Positions 9,879 through 17,868 of a DNA stretch of 64,000 nt are shown here, piece after piece. A model generated the notes under the pieces. The model made no database searches. It had not been told where the DNA came from and saw only the letters and a program-made list of their open reading frames with translations. The position numbers and the translations under genes are program-made. Each line of letters opens with the position of its first letter. Positions within the stretch are counted from its first letter, which is position 1. The DNA is from a candidate division WWE3 bacterium (GTDB taxonomy: Bacteria; Patescibacteriota; WWE3; UBA101185; UBA10185), in contig WJKK01000001.1 in assembly GCA_014729135.1 (NCBI GenBank), positions 389,462 through 453,461 on the forward strand. Reading direction: 5' to 3'.

Positions 9879-10142
9879 ATGTTTGATAAAGTTAAAAAAA
9901 TGAATGAGCTGCGAAAGGCTCAATCAAAAATCCAAAAACAATTAGAAGAAATTTACGTAACCGAAGAATCAGGAGATGTTGAGGTTGTTATTAGAGGGGA
10001 TAAACATATTGAAAAAATCTTGATTAATGGCGAGGAAGATAAGAATTTGTTAAAGGTTTTAAACTCTGCCATGAAGAGTGTTGATAAAAAGGTGCAAAAG
10101 AAGATGCGCTCTCAACTATCCGAATTAGGTTTGGGAATTTAA
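9879..10142 (+). CDS. YbaB/EbfC-family nucleoid-associated protein (short)
   Basis: 87 aa; coiled N-terminus then VEVVIRGDKHIEKILINGEED...LLKVLNSAMK, resembling the YbaB core. Confidence 0.55.
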   Translation: MFDKVKKMNELRKAQSKIQKQLEEIYVTEESGDVEVVIRGDKHIEKILINGEEDKNLLKVLNSAMKSVDKKVQKKMRSQLSELGLGI

Positions 10143-10145
10143 GCC

Positions 10146-10763
10146 ATGCGTCTAATGGTAATGGGACCTCAAGGTTCGGGAAAAGGTACAACGGGTAAGA
10201 TGCTGGCAGATCACCTGAATCTTCCTTTTATTTCTCTTGGTAAAGTTTTTCGAGAAATTCCTCAAGATCACGCACTTTATGATGCCATTGACCAGGCCAT
10301 GGATGCAGGAGAGTTAGTTCCTCTACCTATAAGTTCTAAAATTATTGCAGAAAGGTTGGCCCAACCGGATTGTTCCAACGGTTTTGTCCTTGATGGTTGG
10401 TGTCGCAGAATGGAAGACTTGCATGCTTATGATCCTAATCCTGACACCGTTTTAGTTCTAGACATCTCCCGTGAAACCTCCATTAAAAGGATAACCGGAC
10501 GCCGAATCTGCACCTCCGATGGGAAAAATTACAACATCTACACACTTCCAAAAGAGCAGCTAAAAGAATGTAAGGGTGAACTAATTCAGCGGGAAGACGA
10601 CACCAAAGAAGCCGTAGAAACACGCTTAAACATTTACTACACACAAACCAAAGAGGTAATTGAACACTTTAAAAAACAGGGTATAGTAAAAACTATAGAT
10701 GCTGAAGGCCCTCCTGAAGAGGTCTTTGAGAATGCCTTAGAAGCTTTAAATTCTGCCTCTTAA
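10146..10763 (+). CDS. adk: adenylate kinase
   Basis: 205 aa; GPQGSGKGT P-loop; position after secY. Confidence 0.9.
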   Translation: MRLMVMGPQGSGKGTTGKMLADHLNLPFISLGKVFREIPQDHALYDAIDQAMDAGELVPLPISSKIIAERLAQPDCSNGFVLDGWCRRMEDLHAYDPNPDTVLVLDISRETSIKRITGRRICTSDGKNYNIYTLPKEQLKECKGELIQREDDTKEAVETRLNIYYTQTKEVIEHFKKQGIVKTIDAEGPPEEVFENALEALNSAS

Positions 10764-10769
10764 GTTACA

Positions 10770-11507
10770 ATGAAACCAAAATTCCAGAAAAAGTTTGAGG
10801 CAATGAGGCAGGCAGGTCAAATTAGTGCCCTTGCTTTACAAAAAGTCTTAGAAAAGGCAGCTCCCGGAGTAACTTTACAGGAGTTGGATGAACTTGCGGA
10901 AGAAATCATCCTTTCTAAAGGAGCAGAGCCCGGTTTTAAGCGTATGCCGGGATATAATTACACTACTTGTACAAATGTTAATGAAGGGCTTGTGCATGGC
11001 CTTCCTACGGACTATGCGTTAAAGGAGGGGGATTTGCTTAGTGTGGATTTGGGAGCTTACTACAAAGGATACAATTCTGATCAATGTTGGACCGTGGAAA
11101 TAGGTACAAATAAGCATGCCGATTTTCTAGAAGTCGGTGAGAAAACACTAGAACTGGCTATATCAAAAGCAATTCCCGGTAATAGAGTAGGAGACATCTC
11201 GGCAGCAATTCAAGACTCCATCGAATCTGCCGGATATACGGTATCACGTTCTCTGGTTGGACATGGTGTAGGAAAAAAGCTTCATGAACCTCCTCAGATT
11301 CCCGGATTTAAAGGCCCCAATAAAGGTAAAAAGCTTAAAGAAGGCATGACATTGGCCATAGAAGTTATATATCAAAAGGGTGACTATCCTATAAAGGAGG
11401 CAGATGATGGTTGGACAATCGAAACAGCTGATAAAAGTTTAGCAGCCGTGTTTGAACATTCCATTGGAGTTACGAATACAAAACCTTTAGTTTTCACTGA
11501 CTTTTAG
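10770..11507 (+). CDS. map: methionine aminopeptidase type I
   Basis: 245 aa; pita-bread fold motifs (DLGAYYKGY, HGVGKKLHE, LAIEV). Confidence 0.9.
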   Translation: MKPKFQKKFEAMRQAGQISALALQKVLEKAAPGVTLQELDELAEEIILSKGAEPGFKRMPGYNYTTCTNVNEGLVHGLPTDYALKEGDLLSVDLGAYYKGYNSDQCWTVEIGTNKHADFLEVGEKTLELAISKAIPGNRVGDISAAIQDSIESAGYTVSRSLVGHGVGKKLHEPPQIPGFKGPNKGKKLKEGMTLAIEVIYQKGDYPIKEADDGWTIETADKSLAAVFEHSIGVTNTKPLVFTDF

Positions 11508-11517
11508 GTAAAATTGG

Positions 11518-11546
11518 TTGACCCGGCGATAAGTATTTGTTATTAT
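11518..11546 (+). promoter_or_regulatory. sigma70-like promoter TTGACC-17nt-TATTAT upstream of infA
   Basis: TTGACC at 11518-11523, 17-nt spacer, TATTAT at 11541-11546. Confidence 0.45.
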
Positions 11547-11563
11547 CTACCCCGTCGTAAATC

Positions 11564-11782
11564 ATGGGAAAAAAAGTAGTAGAAAAAGATGCAACTGTAA
11601 CAAAAGTTCTAACCGGCGGAATGTTCCGCTTGGAATTAGATGATACAGGTGAGGAAGCAATAGGCGTTATTTCCGGAAAGATAAGGAAATTCCGCATTCG
11701 AATCCTTGCTGGAGATCGCGTTAAAGTTGAATTCTCGCCTCATGATTTAACGCGCGGAAGAATAACTTATAGGTATAAGTAA
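11564..11782 (+). CDS. infA: translation initiation factor IF-1
   Basis: 72 aa; S1-like IF-1 signature. Confidence 0.95.
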   Translation: MGKKVVEKDATVTKVLTGGMFRLELDDTGEEAIGVISGKIRKFRIRILAGDRVKVEFSPHDLTRGRITYRYK

Positions 11783-11899
11783 ATGAAAGTAAGACCATCT
11801 GTTAAAAAAATATGCAAAGATTGCAAACTAATAAAAAGAAAAGGTGTTTTATATGTTTATTGTAAGAGGAATCCTCGACACAATCAGAGACAGGGCTAA
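11783..11899 (+). CDS. rpmJ: 50S ribosomal protein L36
   Basis: Hand-translated 38-aa [41 protein letters not shown] with C..C..C..H zinc ribbon; absent from the ORF track only because it is under 60 aa. Confidence 0.85.
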   Translation: MKVRPSVKKICKDCKLIKRKGVLYVYCKRNPRHNQRQG

Positions 11900-11906
11900 C
11901 TGATAT

Positions 11907-12293
11907 ATGGCACGTGTTTCCGGAGTAGAAATTCCCGACAATAAAAAAGCAAAAATTTCTTTGACTTATGTAAAGGGTATTGGACGTGCCTTGGCAAAAG
12001 ACGTCTTGGAGAAGGCCGGTATTGATCCCGAAGCAAGAGTAAAAGACTTGAATGAAACTGCTATTGCTTCTATTAACAAGACTATTTCTGCTATGGAAAT
12101 TCCTGTAGAAGGAGAGCTTAGAAGAATAGTCCGTGCTAATATCAAGCGCCTAAAGGATATCGGTAGTTACAGAGGCCTTCGGCACAAGCAGGGACTCCCT
12201 GTTAGAGGACAGCGAACAAGTCGCAATGCGCGAACCCGAAAAGGTCCTCGTAAGACTGTTGGTGGAATTAAGCGCACATTAACTAAGACATAA
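11907..12293 (+). CDS. rpsM: 30S ribosomal protein S13
   Basis: 128 aa; [10 protein letters not shown]... S13 signature. Confidence 0.95.
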   Translation: MARVSGVEIPDNKKAKISLTYVKGIGRALAKDVLEKAGIDPEARVKDLNETAIASINKTISAMEIPVEGELRRIVRANIKRLKDIGSYRGLRHKQGLPVRGQRTSRNARTRKGPRKTVGGIKRTLTKT

Positions 12294-12306
12294 TAATTTT
12301 ATAAAT

Positions 12307-12702
12307 ATGGCAAAAACTAAGAAAAAAACAGCAAAAAAGAGATCCGTAAAAAGTGCTCCTGAGTCAGGAAGAGCTTACATTTCAGCAGGATTTAATAACA
12401 CGCTTGTCACTATTACCGATGCTGAAGGCAATACTTTGTTTTCGGGAAGTGCAGGCGCCTCCGGATTTAGAGGTTCGCGCAAGTCAACTCCATTTGCAGC
12501 TGCTACAGCTGCTGAAAATACCGCCAAACAAGCTTTAAATGCCGGATTAAGAGAAGTTGCTGTTATTGTAAAAGGACCCGGTTATGGTAGAATTTCCGCT
12601 ATTAAAGCTCTAAAAAGTGCAGGTTTAAAAATATTGTCAATTTCGGACGTAACCCCCATCCCTCATAACGGATGCCGTCCTAAAAAGGAGCGAAGAGTTT
12701 AA
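12307..12702 (+). CDS. rpsK: 30S ribosomal protein S11
   Basis: 131 aa; S11-like. Confidence 0.95.
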   Translation: MAKTKKKTAKKRSVKSAPESGRAYISAGFNNTLVTITDAEGNTLFSGSAGASGFRGSRKSTPFAAATAAENTAKQALNAGLREVAVIVKGPGYGRISAIKALKSAGLKILSISDVTPIPHNGCRPKKERRV

Positions 12703-12726
12703 GGAGGGTTAAAAAAGGATTTTATT

Positions 12727-13329
12727 ATGTCAAGAATTCACGGACCAAAATGTAAATTATGTCGACGCGCAGGCGTTAAGCTCTATTTAAAAGGCACCCG
12801 TTGTGATACCGAAAAATGTGCCATGAACAAGCGCCCTTATGCTCCCGGACAACACGGAAGCAGACGCAGCCGAAAATCGGAATATGCCGAGCAACTAAGA
12901 GAAAAGCAAAAGGCCAAGTGGATTTACGGCATTATGGAAAGGCAATTTCGACGCTATGTAGCAGAAGCCATGGACGGTGAGGGTGTTGCAGGTGAAAACT
13001 TGTACCGCATTTTAGAATCTCGTATTGACAATGTAGTTTATCGCAGTGGTTTAGCAGTTTCCAGAGCACAGGCTCGCCAAATGGTCCGCTCGGGCCTCTT
13101 CATGGTAAATGACAAAGTCGTCATGACCCCTTCTTTAATGGTTGGTCCCGGTGACGTCATAAAACCTGTAGATTTTTCAAAAGTTCACTTAAGAGAAGGA
13201 TTTGTTTTACCCGAATGGATTAGTGCAAACGTAAAAGAGCGCTACGTAAAATATGAGAGAATACCAACAATGGAAGATTTTAACGAAAATTATGAAGTTC
13301 AGCCAATTATAGATTTCTACTCCAGATAA
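12727..13329 (+). CDS. rpsD: 30S ribosomal protein S4
   Basis: 200 aa; Cys cluster N-terminus, S4 domain. Confidence 0.95.
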   Translation: MSRIHGPKCKLCRRAGVKLYLKGTRCDTEKCAMNKRPYAPGQHGSRRSRKSEYAEQLREKQKAKWIYGIMERQFRRYVAEAMDGEGVAGENLYRILESRIDNVVYRSGLAVSRAQARQMVRSGLFMVNDKVVMTPSLMVGPGDVIKPVDFSKVHLREGFVLPEWISANVKERYVKYERIPTMEDFNENYEVQPIIDFYSR

Positions 13330-13348
13330 GAAAGGATTTCCTACTATT

Positions 13349-14272
13349 ATGATAAAACCTGTAGATTTAAAAATTAATACTGTTAAAGAAAGCGAGACCG
13401 AAGCTGTATATACTTTTGAGCCCCTTCCTAAGGGATATGGGCACACAATGGGGAGCGTTTTGCGCCGTGTGCTTCTAACTTCCGTTGAAGGAGCTGCTGT
13501 AACTCAGTTTACGGTTAAAGGTGTTAAGCACCAATTTTCCACTATTGAAGGTGTTAAAGAAGATGTAGTTGAGATTACGCTAAATTTAAAGAACCTTCGT
13601 TTTAAGAAGTTTAATGAAAATGCTGTTGTTGCTACTTTGTCAGCCGACAAAAAGGGAGTTATTACAGCCGGTGATTTAGATCATCCTTCAGATATTGAGG
13701 TTGTAAATCCCGAGGCTCCTATTGCAACAATTACAAAAGATGGTACTAAGCTGGAGATGGAGCTGATCATAGAAAGCGGTTATGGTTATTCTCCTTCTGA
13801 GGACCGCGAAACAGATAAGATCGGCGAGATTTTGCTTGATGCCTTGTTTACGCCTGTTTTGGAGGTTTCCTATGAAGTTACTCCTACTCGTTTCGGTAAA
13901 AAGGTAGATTTGGATGAGTTGACGCTTAAGATTAAAACGGATGGTTCTGTTGAGCCTAAGGAAGCGTTATTGGGAAGCTCCCGTTTGGTTAAAGCCTTCT
14001 TTGAAAAGTTAATCCTTTGGGAGGATGCGGAAGACGTTACTGAGGAAGAATTGGAAGAGGTTGAGGCTCCCGAGGATTTGAAGAAGACTTCTACTTCTGT
14101 TGCAGACTTACCCCTGCCTACAAGAACGGTAAATGCTTTGCAGAAAGCAGGAGTTAAGAACCTTTCGGACTTGGCAGGTAAATCTGAAGAGGAATTGATG
14201 GACATTAAGAACGTTGGTAAAAAATCCCTAGAGGAGATTATAAAATTGCTTAAGGAAGAGGATTTAGCCTAA
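13349..14272 (+). CDS. rpoA: DNA-directed RNA polymerase alpha subunit
   Basis: 307 aa; NTD dimerisation motifs and alpha-CTD; position after rpsD. Confidence 0.9.
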   Translation: MIKPVDLKINTVKESETEAVYTFEPLPKGYGHTMGSVLRRVLLTSVEGAAVTQFTVKGVKHQFSTIEGVKEDVVEITLNLKNLRFKKFNENAVVATLSADKKGVITAGDLDHPSDIEVVNPEAPIATITKDGTKLEMELIIESGYGYSPSEDRETDKIGEILLDALFTPVLEVSYEVTPTRFGKKVDLDELTLKIKTDGSVEPKEALLGSSRLVKAFFEKLILWEDAEDVTEEELEEVEAPEDLKKTSTSVADLPLPTRTVNALQKAGVKNLSDLAGKSEEELMDIKNVGKKSLEEIIKLLKEEDLA

Positions 14273-14299
14273 GAGCTTTCGGTAAATCCGTTATTTTTT

Positions 14300-14674
14300 A
14301 TGCGTCATCGTGTTAAAGGTAAAAAGTTGGGGCGAGATGCCTCACACAGAAAAGCTCTTTGCAGAAATTTAGCTTCAAGTTTAATTGAGCATGGAGAGGT
14401 TGTGACTACGTTGGCTAAGGCCAAGTACATTCGTCCTTATGTTGAAAAACTTGTTACTAAGGCAAATAAAAAGGATACTATGAATGCACGCAGGTTTTTA
14501 AGAACGAAACTGGTTAATGATGCTGTTGTGGAGACCTTAATTAATGAAGTAGCTCCAAAGTTTAAGGATCGTGCAGGGGGATATACTCGGATTGTGCGCG
14601 TAGGTAACCGCTCCGGCGATAATTCTATGCTAGCTAGAATATCCTTTGTAGATGGTAGTAAAGGCAAGAAGTAG
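14300..14674 (+). CDS. rplQ: 50S ribosomal protein L17
   Basis: 124 aa; MRHRVKGKKLGRDASHRKAL L17 signature. Confidence 0.9.
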   Translation: MRHRVKGKKLGRDASHRKALCRNLASSLIEHGEVVTTLAKAKYIRPYVEKLVTKANKKDTMNARRFLRTKLVNDAVVETLINEVAPKFKDRAGGYTRIVRVGNRSGDNSMLARISFVDGSKGKK

Positions 14675-14680
14675 CAAAAA

Positions 14681-15172
14681 ATGAAAATAACTAATAAGAC
14701 ATACATGGAAAAGAAAAATAATGTCCGGCGGGATTGGCATCTGTTTGATGCTGAAGGGAAAGTTTTGGGAGATTTTGCTGCCGAAGTTGCTAAGAAGCTT
14801 ATTGGTAAGGGGAAGCCTACTTTTACACCGCATATTAATGTTGGGGATAAGGTCGTTGTAATTAATGCTAAGCGGATTGAGGTTTCAGGTACAAAGGAAA
14901 AGAACAAGAAGTATTTTTGGCACACAGGCTATCCGGGAGGAATTAAGTTTTTAACTTTTGAGCAGTTAATGGCTAAGAATCCTGCTAGAGTTATTGAGAA
15001 GGCCGTTAAAGGGATGCTTCCGCGAAATAAGCTTTTGAAAGAGCGTATGAAGAATCTTTATGTTTATGCAGAAGGTGATCATCCTCATGCGGGGCAGTTG
15101 ACAGATAATAAAGGGAATAGCGATGTAAATTTAGAAAATAACAAAGGTACAGCAAAAAAGGAGGAAAAGTAA
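14681..15172 (+). CDS. rplM: 50S ribosomal protein L13
   Basis: 163 aa; RRDWHLFDAEGKVLG L13 signature. Confidence 0.9.
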   Translation: MKITNKTYMEKKNNVRRDWHLFDAEGKVLGDFAAEVAKKLIGKGKPTFTPHINVGDKVVVINAKRIEVSGTKEKNKKYFWHTGYPGGIKFLTFEQLMAKNPARVIEKAVKGMLPRNKLLKERMKNLYVYAEGDHPHAGQLTDNKGNSDVNLENNKGTAKKEEK

Positions 15173-15595
15173 ATGGCGGAAACTAAAACTAATACAAAAA
15201 AAGATTTAATTACAGGCACTGGTCGAAGGAAGACTGCTGTAGCAAGAGTGTTTATGTATCCGGGTGGGGGGAGTGTTTTAGTTAATGATGTTCCTATTGA
15301 AGAATACTTTTCTGATTTGCCTTATCAAAAGGATGGATGGAAACGTCCTTTTAACCTTTTAGATATTAAACCTGAAGAAGCTTATGATGTAAGCATTAAA
15401 GTTCATGGCTCAGGTAAGTCAGCTCAAATGGATGCGGTTGTTCATGGAGTTTCTTGGGCTCTTGCTAATGCTAACCCTGACTATGCTGTTGTTATGCGAA
15501 AGAACGATCTATTGACACGTGACTCACGAATGGTAGAGCGCAAAAAGTATTGGTTGCGTAAGGCTCGAAAAGCCCCTCAGTATTCGAAGCGTTAA
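15173..15595 (+). CDS. rpsI: 30S ribosomal protein S9
   Basis: 140 aa; C-terminal ...KARKAPQYSKR S9 signature. Confidence 0.95.
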   Translation: MAETKTNTKKDLITGTGRRKTAVARVFMYPGGGSVLVNDVPIEEYFSDLPYQKDGWKRPFNLLDIKPEEAYDVSIKVHGSGKSAQMDAVVHGVSWALANANPDYAVVMRKNDLLTRDSRMVERKKYWLRKARKAPQYSKR

Positions 15596-15609
15596 TATTG
15601 GACGTTTGT

Positions 15610-15939
15610 TTAGACTTGGTTTTGTTCCCGGGGTTTTCCCTTACTATCCACTAAACTCGTATAGCGACCTCCCAAAAGTTCCTCAATTTCTTTCATTTGG
15701 TAGCGAATCTTTTGCAACCTTTCAAGGATCATCTTTTTTGTTTTAATGTTTGGAGCTTTAATATGCCCGCAATACGTATCCGAAATTTTTTCCAATACCT
15801 TCAAAGGCGGAACTACTTTACCCGTTTCATAGGCAGAAACTGTTTTCCCTGAAATTCCTATCTTTTGTCCGAATCTACTTTGGGACAGTCCTTGTTCTTT
15901 TCTTAAATTTTTAATCTGTTTTCCGGGATTTGAATTCAT
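15610..15939 (-). CDS. XRE-family helix-turn-helix transcriptional regulator
   Basis: 109 aa; LRKEQGLSQSRFGQKIGISGKTVSAYETGK HTH_3 pattern; divergent from radC. Confidence 0.75.
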   Translation of the reverse strand: MNSNPGKQIKNLRKEQGLSQSRFGQKIGISGKTVSAYETGKVVPPLKVLEKISDTYCGHIKAPNIKTKKMILERLQKIRYQMKEIEELLGGRYTSLVDSKGKPREQNQV

Positions 15940-15949
15940 TTTTTCAAAA

Positions 15950-15964
15950 TCTAGTTTAACTAGA
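15950..15964. promoter_or_regulatory. perfect 7-1-7 palindrome TCTAGTTtAACTAGA (candidate operator) in the divergent XRE/radC promoter region
   Basis: Read directly from the sequence; CTAGAAT half-site recurs at 15960 and 15997. Confidence 0.5.
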
Positions 15965-16009
15965 ATATACCCTATTTCAATTTGAGTTGCAATAACCTAG
16001 AATGTATGT

Positions 16010-16711
16010 ATGAAGAAAACTTTACATGAATTACCCATAACAGAGCTTCCAAGAGAGCGTATGCTTAAATTTGGAGGCCGAGCTTTATCCGATACTGAAC
16101 TTCTTGCGCTTCTTTTGCGTTCAGGAGGTCCCAATTTAAACGCTTTACAGTTAGCGCAATATTTATTATCAGAGTTTGGAAATTTACGCCAACTTTTAGC
16201 AGCAGATGTGGAGCAGTTAAAAAAAGTGAAGTACTTGGGGGAGGCTAAAGTTTGTTCCTTAAAAGCCGTTAAAGAATTAGCTAAAAGATGCATTGCTATA
16301 GGAGAAATACGTAAGCCTCACGTAGAAACTCCCGAGGAAGTATATGATTTACTTTTACCTCTGACTTTAGGTGAGGAAAAAGAGCACCTCTATTTACTTA
16401 GTCTAGATCTAAACGGAAATTTAATAAAGTTAAGTCTAATTTCCATGGGGAGTTTAACGCAAACCTTAGCAGACACTCGTGAAATCCTTCGAACGGCGTT
16501 ATTAAAAGGGGCAGTTTCAGTAATTCTTGCACACAACCATCCCAATAATAACCCCAAACCAAGCGACCCCGACAAACAACTCACAAAAGAAATCGCTCTA
16601 GCCTGCCCAAAAGTAGGCCTAAACTTTTTGGATCACATAATTGTCACAAACTCGGGATACTTCAGTTTCAAGCTTGCCGGATTATTAAATTACAAATCAG
16701 AAAGGAGGTGA
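16010..16711 (+). CDS. radC: RadC-family JAB/MPN domain protein (UPF0758)
   Basis: 233 aa; N-terminal HhH region, C-terminal HNHPNNNP...SDPD JAMM motif. Confidence 0.8.
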   Translation: MKKTLHELPITELPRERMLKFGGRALSDTELLALLLRSGGPNLNALQLAQYLLSEFGNLRQLLAADVEQLKKVKYLGEAKVCSLKAVKELAKRCIAIGEIRKPHVETPEEVYDLLLPLTLGEEKEHLYLLSLDLNGNLIKLSLISMGSLTQTLADTREILRTALLKGAVSVILAHNHPNNNPKPSDPDKQLTKEIALACPKVGLNFLDHIIVTNSGYFSFKLAGLLNYKSERR

Positions 16712-16715
16712 AAAT

Positions 16716-17321
16716 ATGAAACTTAAACAGTTTAAGCCAAAGAAAGCTTTATATGTCTATGGTTCTTTAGTGCTGCTCTTGGTGCTGACTTTAGGAGTTA
16801 CGTTTGCGACTTTTACGGACACGTTAGACTTTGGAGGAGCTATGTTCTCTGTGGCCAACTCTGAAGTCAAGTTGCTGGATGCAATCGGGGGAGGGATTGA
16901 TCCTAGCAACCTTGTAGATTCAAAGCCCGGTCCTCAGTTTGATAACGTAGCGGGAGGTTGGTTTGCGGATTATCCTGTGGAGATCTACAGTAATGCAACT
17001 ACGGATGTGAATTTGTGGTCTTGGGCTAATTATGAGGATGTAGCTGTAAATGACCCTGCAGAGCTTCGTCAGTACATTTATGTTGAGATTCTGGATTGGA
17101 CGGATGCCAATGGAGACGGTATGCCCGAGCAATCTGAATTTGGTAGCAGCTATGGACGAAAGACGATCTTAAAGTGGAATACGGAAGGCATTGATCTGGG
17201 AACTTTGTCGCCCGGAGAAGTGCGTTCTTTAGCGCTAAGGTTTAGTGTAGATAGCTTGTCGAATGCAAAGCAAGGTGAAAGTTTGCTTTACGATTTCGAG
17301 TTTGAAGCACTAGGGCTCTAG
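16716..17321 (+). CDS. SipW-cognate secreted protein, TasA/camelysin-like
   Basis: 201 aa; N-terminal TM then ...ATFTDTLDF... matching the SipW-cognate signal (F-T-D) pattern; immediately upstream of sipW. Confidence 0.6.
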   Translation: MKLKQFKPKKALYVYGSLVLLLVLTLGVTFATFTDTLDFGGAMFSVANSEVKLLDAIGGGIDPSNLVDSKPGPQFDNVAGGWFADYPVEIYSNATTDVNLWSWANYEDVAVNDPAELRQYIYVEILDWTDANGDGMPEQSEFGSSYGRKTILKWNTEGIDLGTLSPGEVRSLALRFSVDSLSNAKQGESLLYDFEFEALGL

Positions 17322-17370
17322 TTACCTTAGTTAAAGCGCCCTTGGAGGTACTTTTCGGCCGACTCCGGGG

Positions 17371-17856
17371 GTGTGCGCTGATTTGAAAAATATGCAATAC
17401 AAAAAAGTCCCTCAATACATCTTAGCTTTCCTAGCAGGCATAGGAGCATTTGCACTTACACTTCGTTTTGAGCTCCTTCTTGTGCAAACTTCCTCCATGG
17501 AGCCAACAATCCCAAAAGCAACAATAATCCTGGTGGATAAGACGGCCCCTTACAAAAAAGGCGACGTAATAACCTTTAAAATAAAAGATTCCTTAGTTAC
17601 TCATCGGCTCATTCAGACCAAAACCACTGAAAACAACCGCTTTCTTACAACTAAAGGTGACGCCAATAACTATATCGACAAAATTCCTCTAACAAGCAAA
17701 GACGTTTTAGGTCGTGTAATTTTCACCTTTCCCTACTTGGGCTATGCTGTTATGTGTTTAATACATCCCTTGTTTTTGCTTTTGTTCTTTTATATTCCGG
17801 TAGGTCATTACTTTGGAAAAATGTCCAAAAAATTTGTAAACCAAATTCGCAATTGA
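17371..17856 (+). CDS. sipW: signal peptidase I, archaeal/ER type (SipW-like, S26B)
   Basis: 161 aa; N- and C-terminal TM; catalytic TSSMEPT box and downstream His-containing box. Confidence 0.75.
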   Translation: MCADLKNMQYKKVPQYILAFLAGIGAFALTLRFELLLVQTSSMEPTIPKATIILVDKTAPYKKGDVITFKIKDSLVTHRLIQTKTTENNRFLTTKGDANNYIDKIPLTSKDVLGRVIFTFPYLGYAVMCLIHPLFLLLFFYIPVGHYFGKMSKKFVNQIRN

Positions 17857-17868
17857 TATGCTTAAATC

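Noticed and set aside
17322-17370. GC-rich spacer between the TasA-like gene and sipW, considered as a terminator
   Set aside because: Only short GCGC...GCGC and GGAG...CTCC complementarity with no T-run, and the genes appear co-transcribed.
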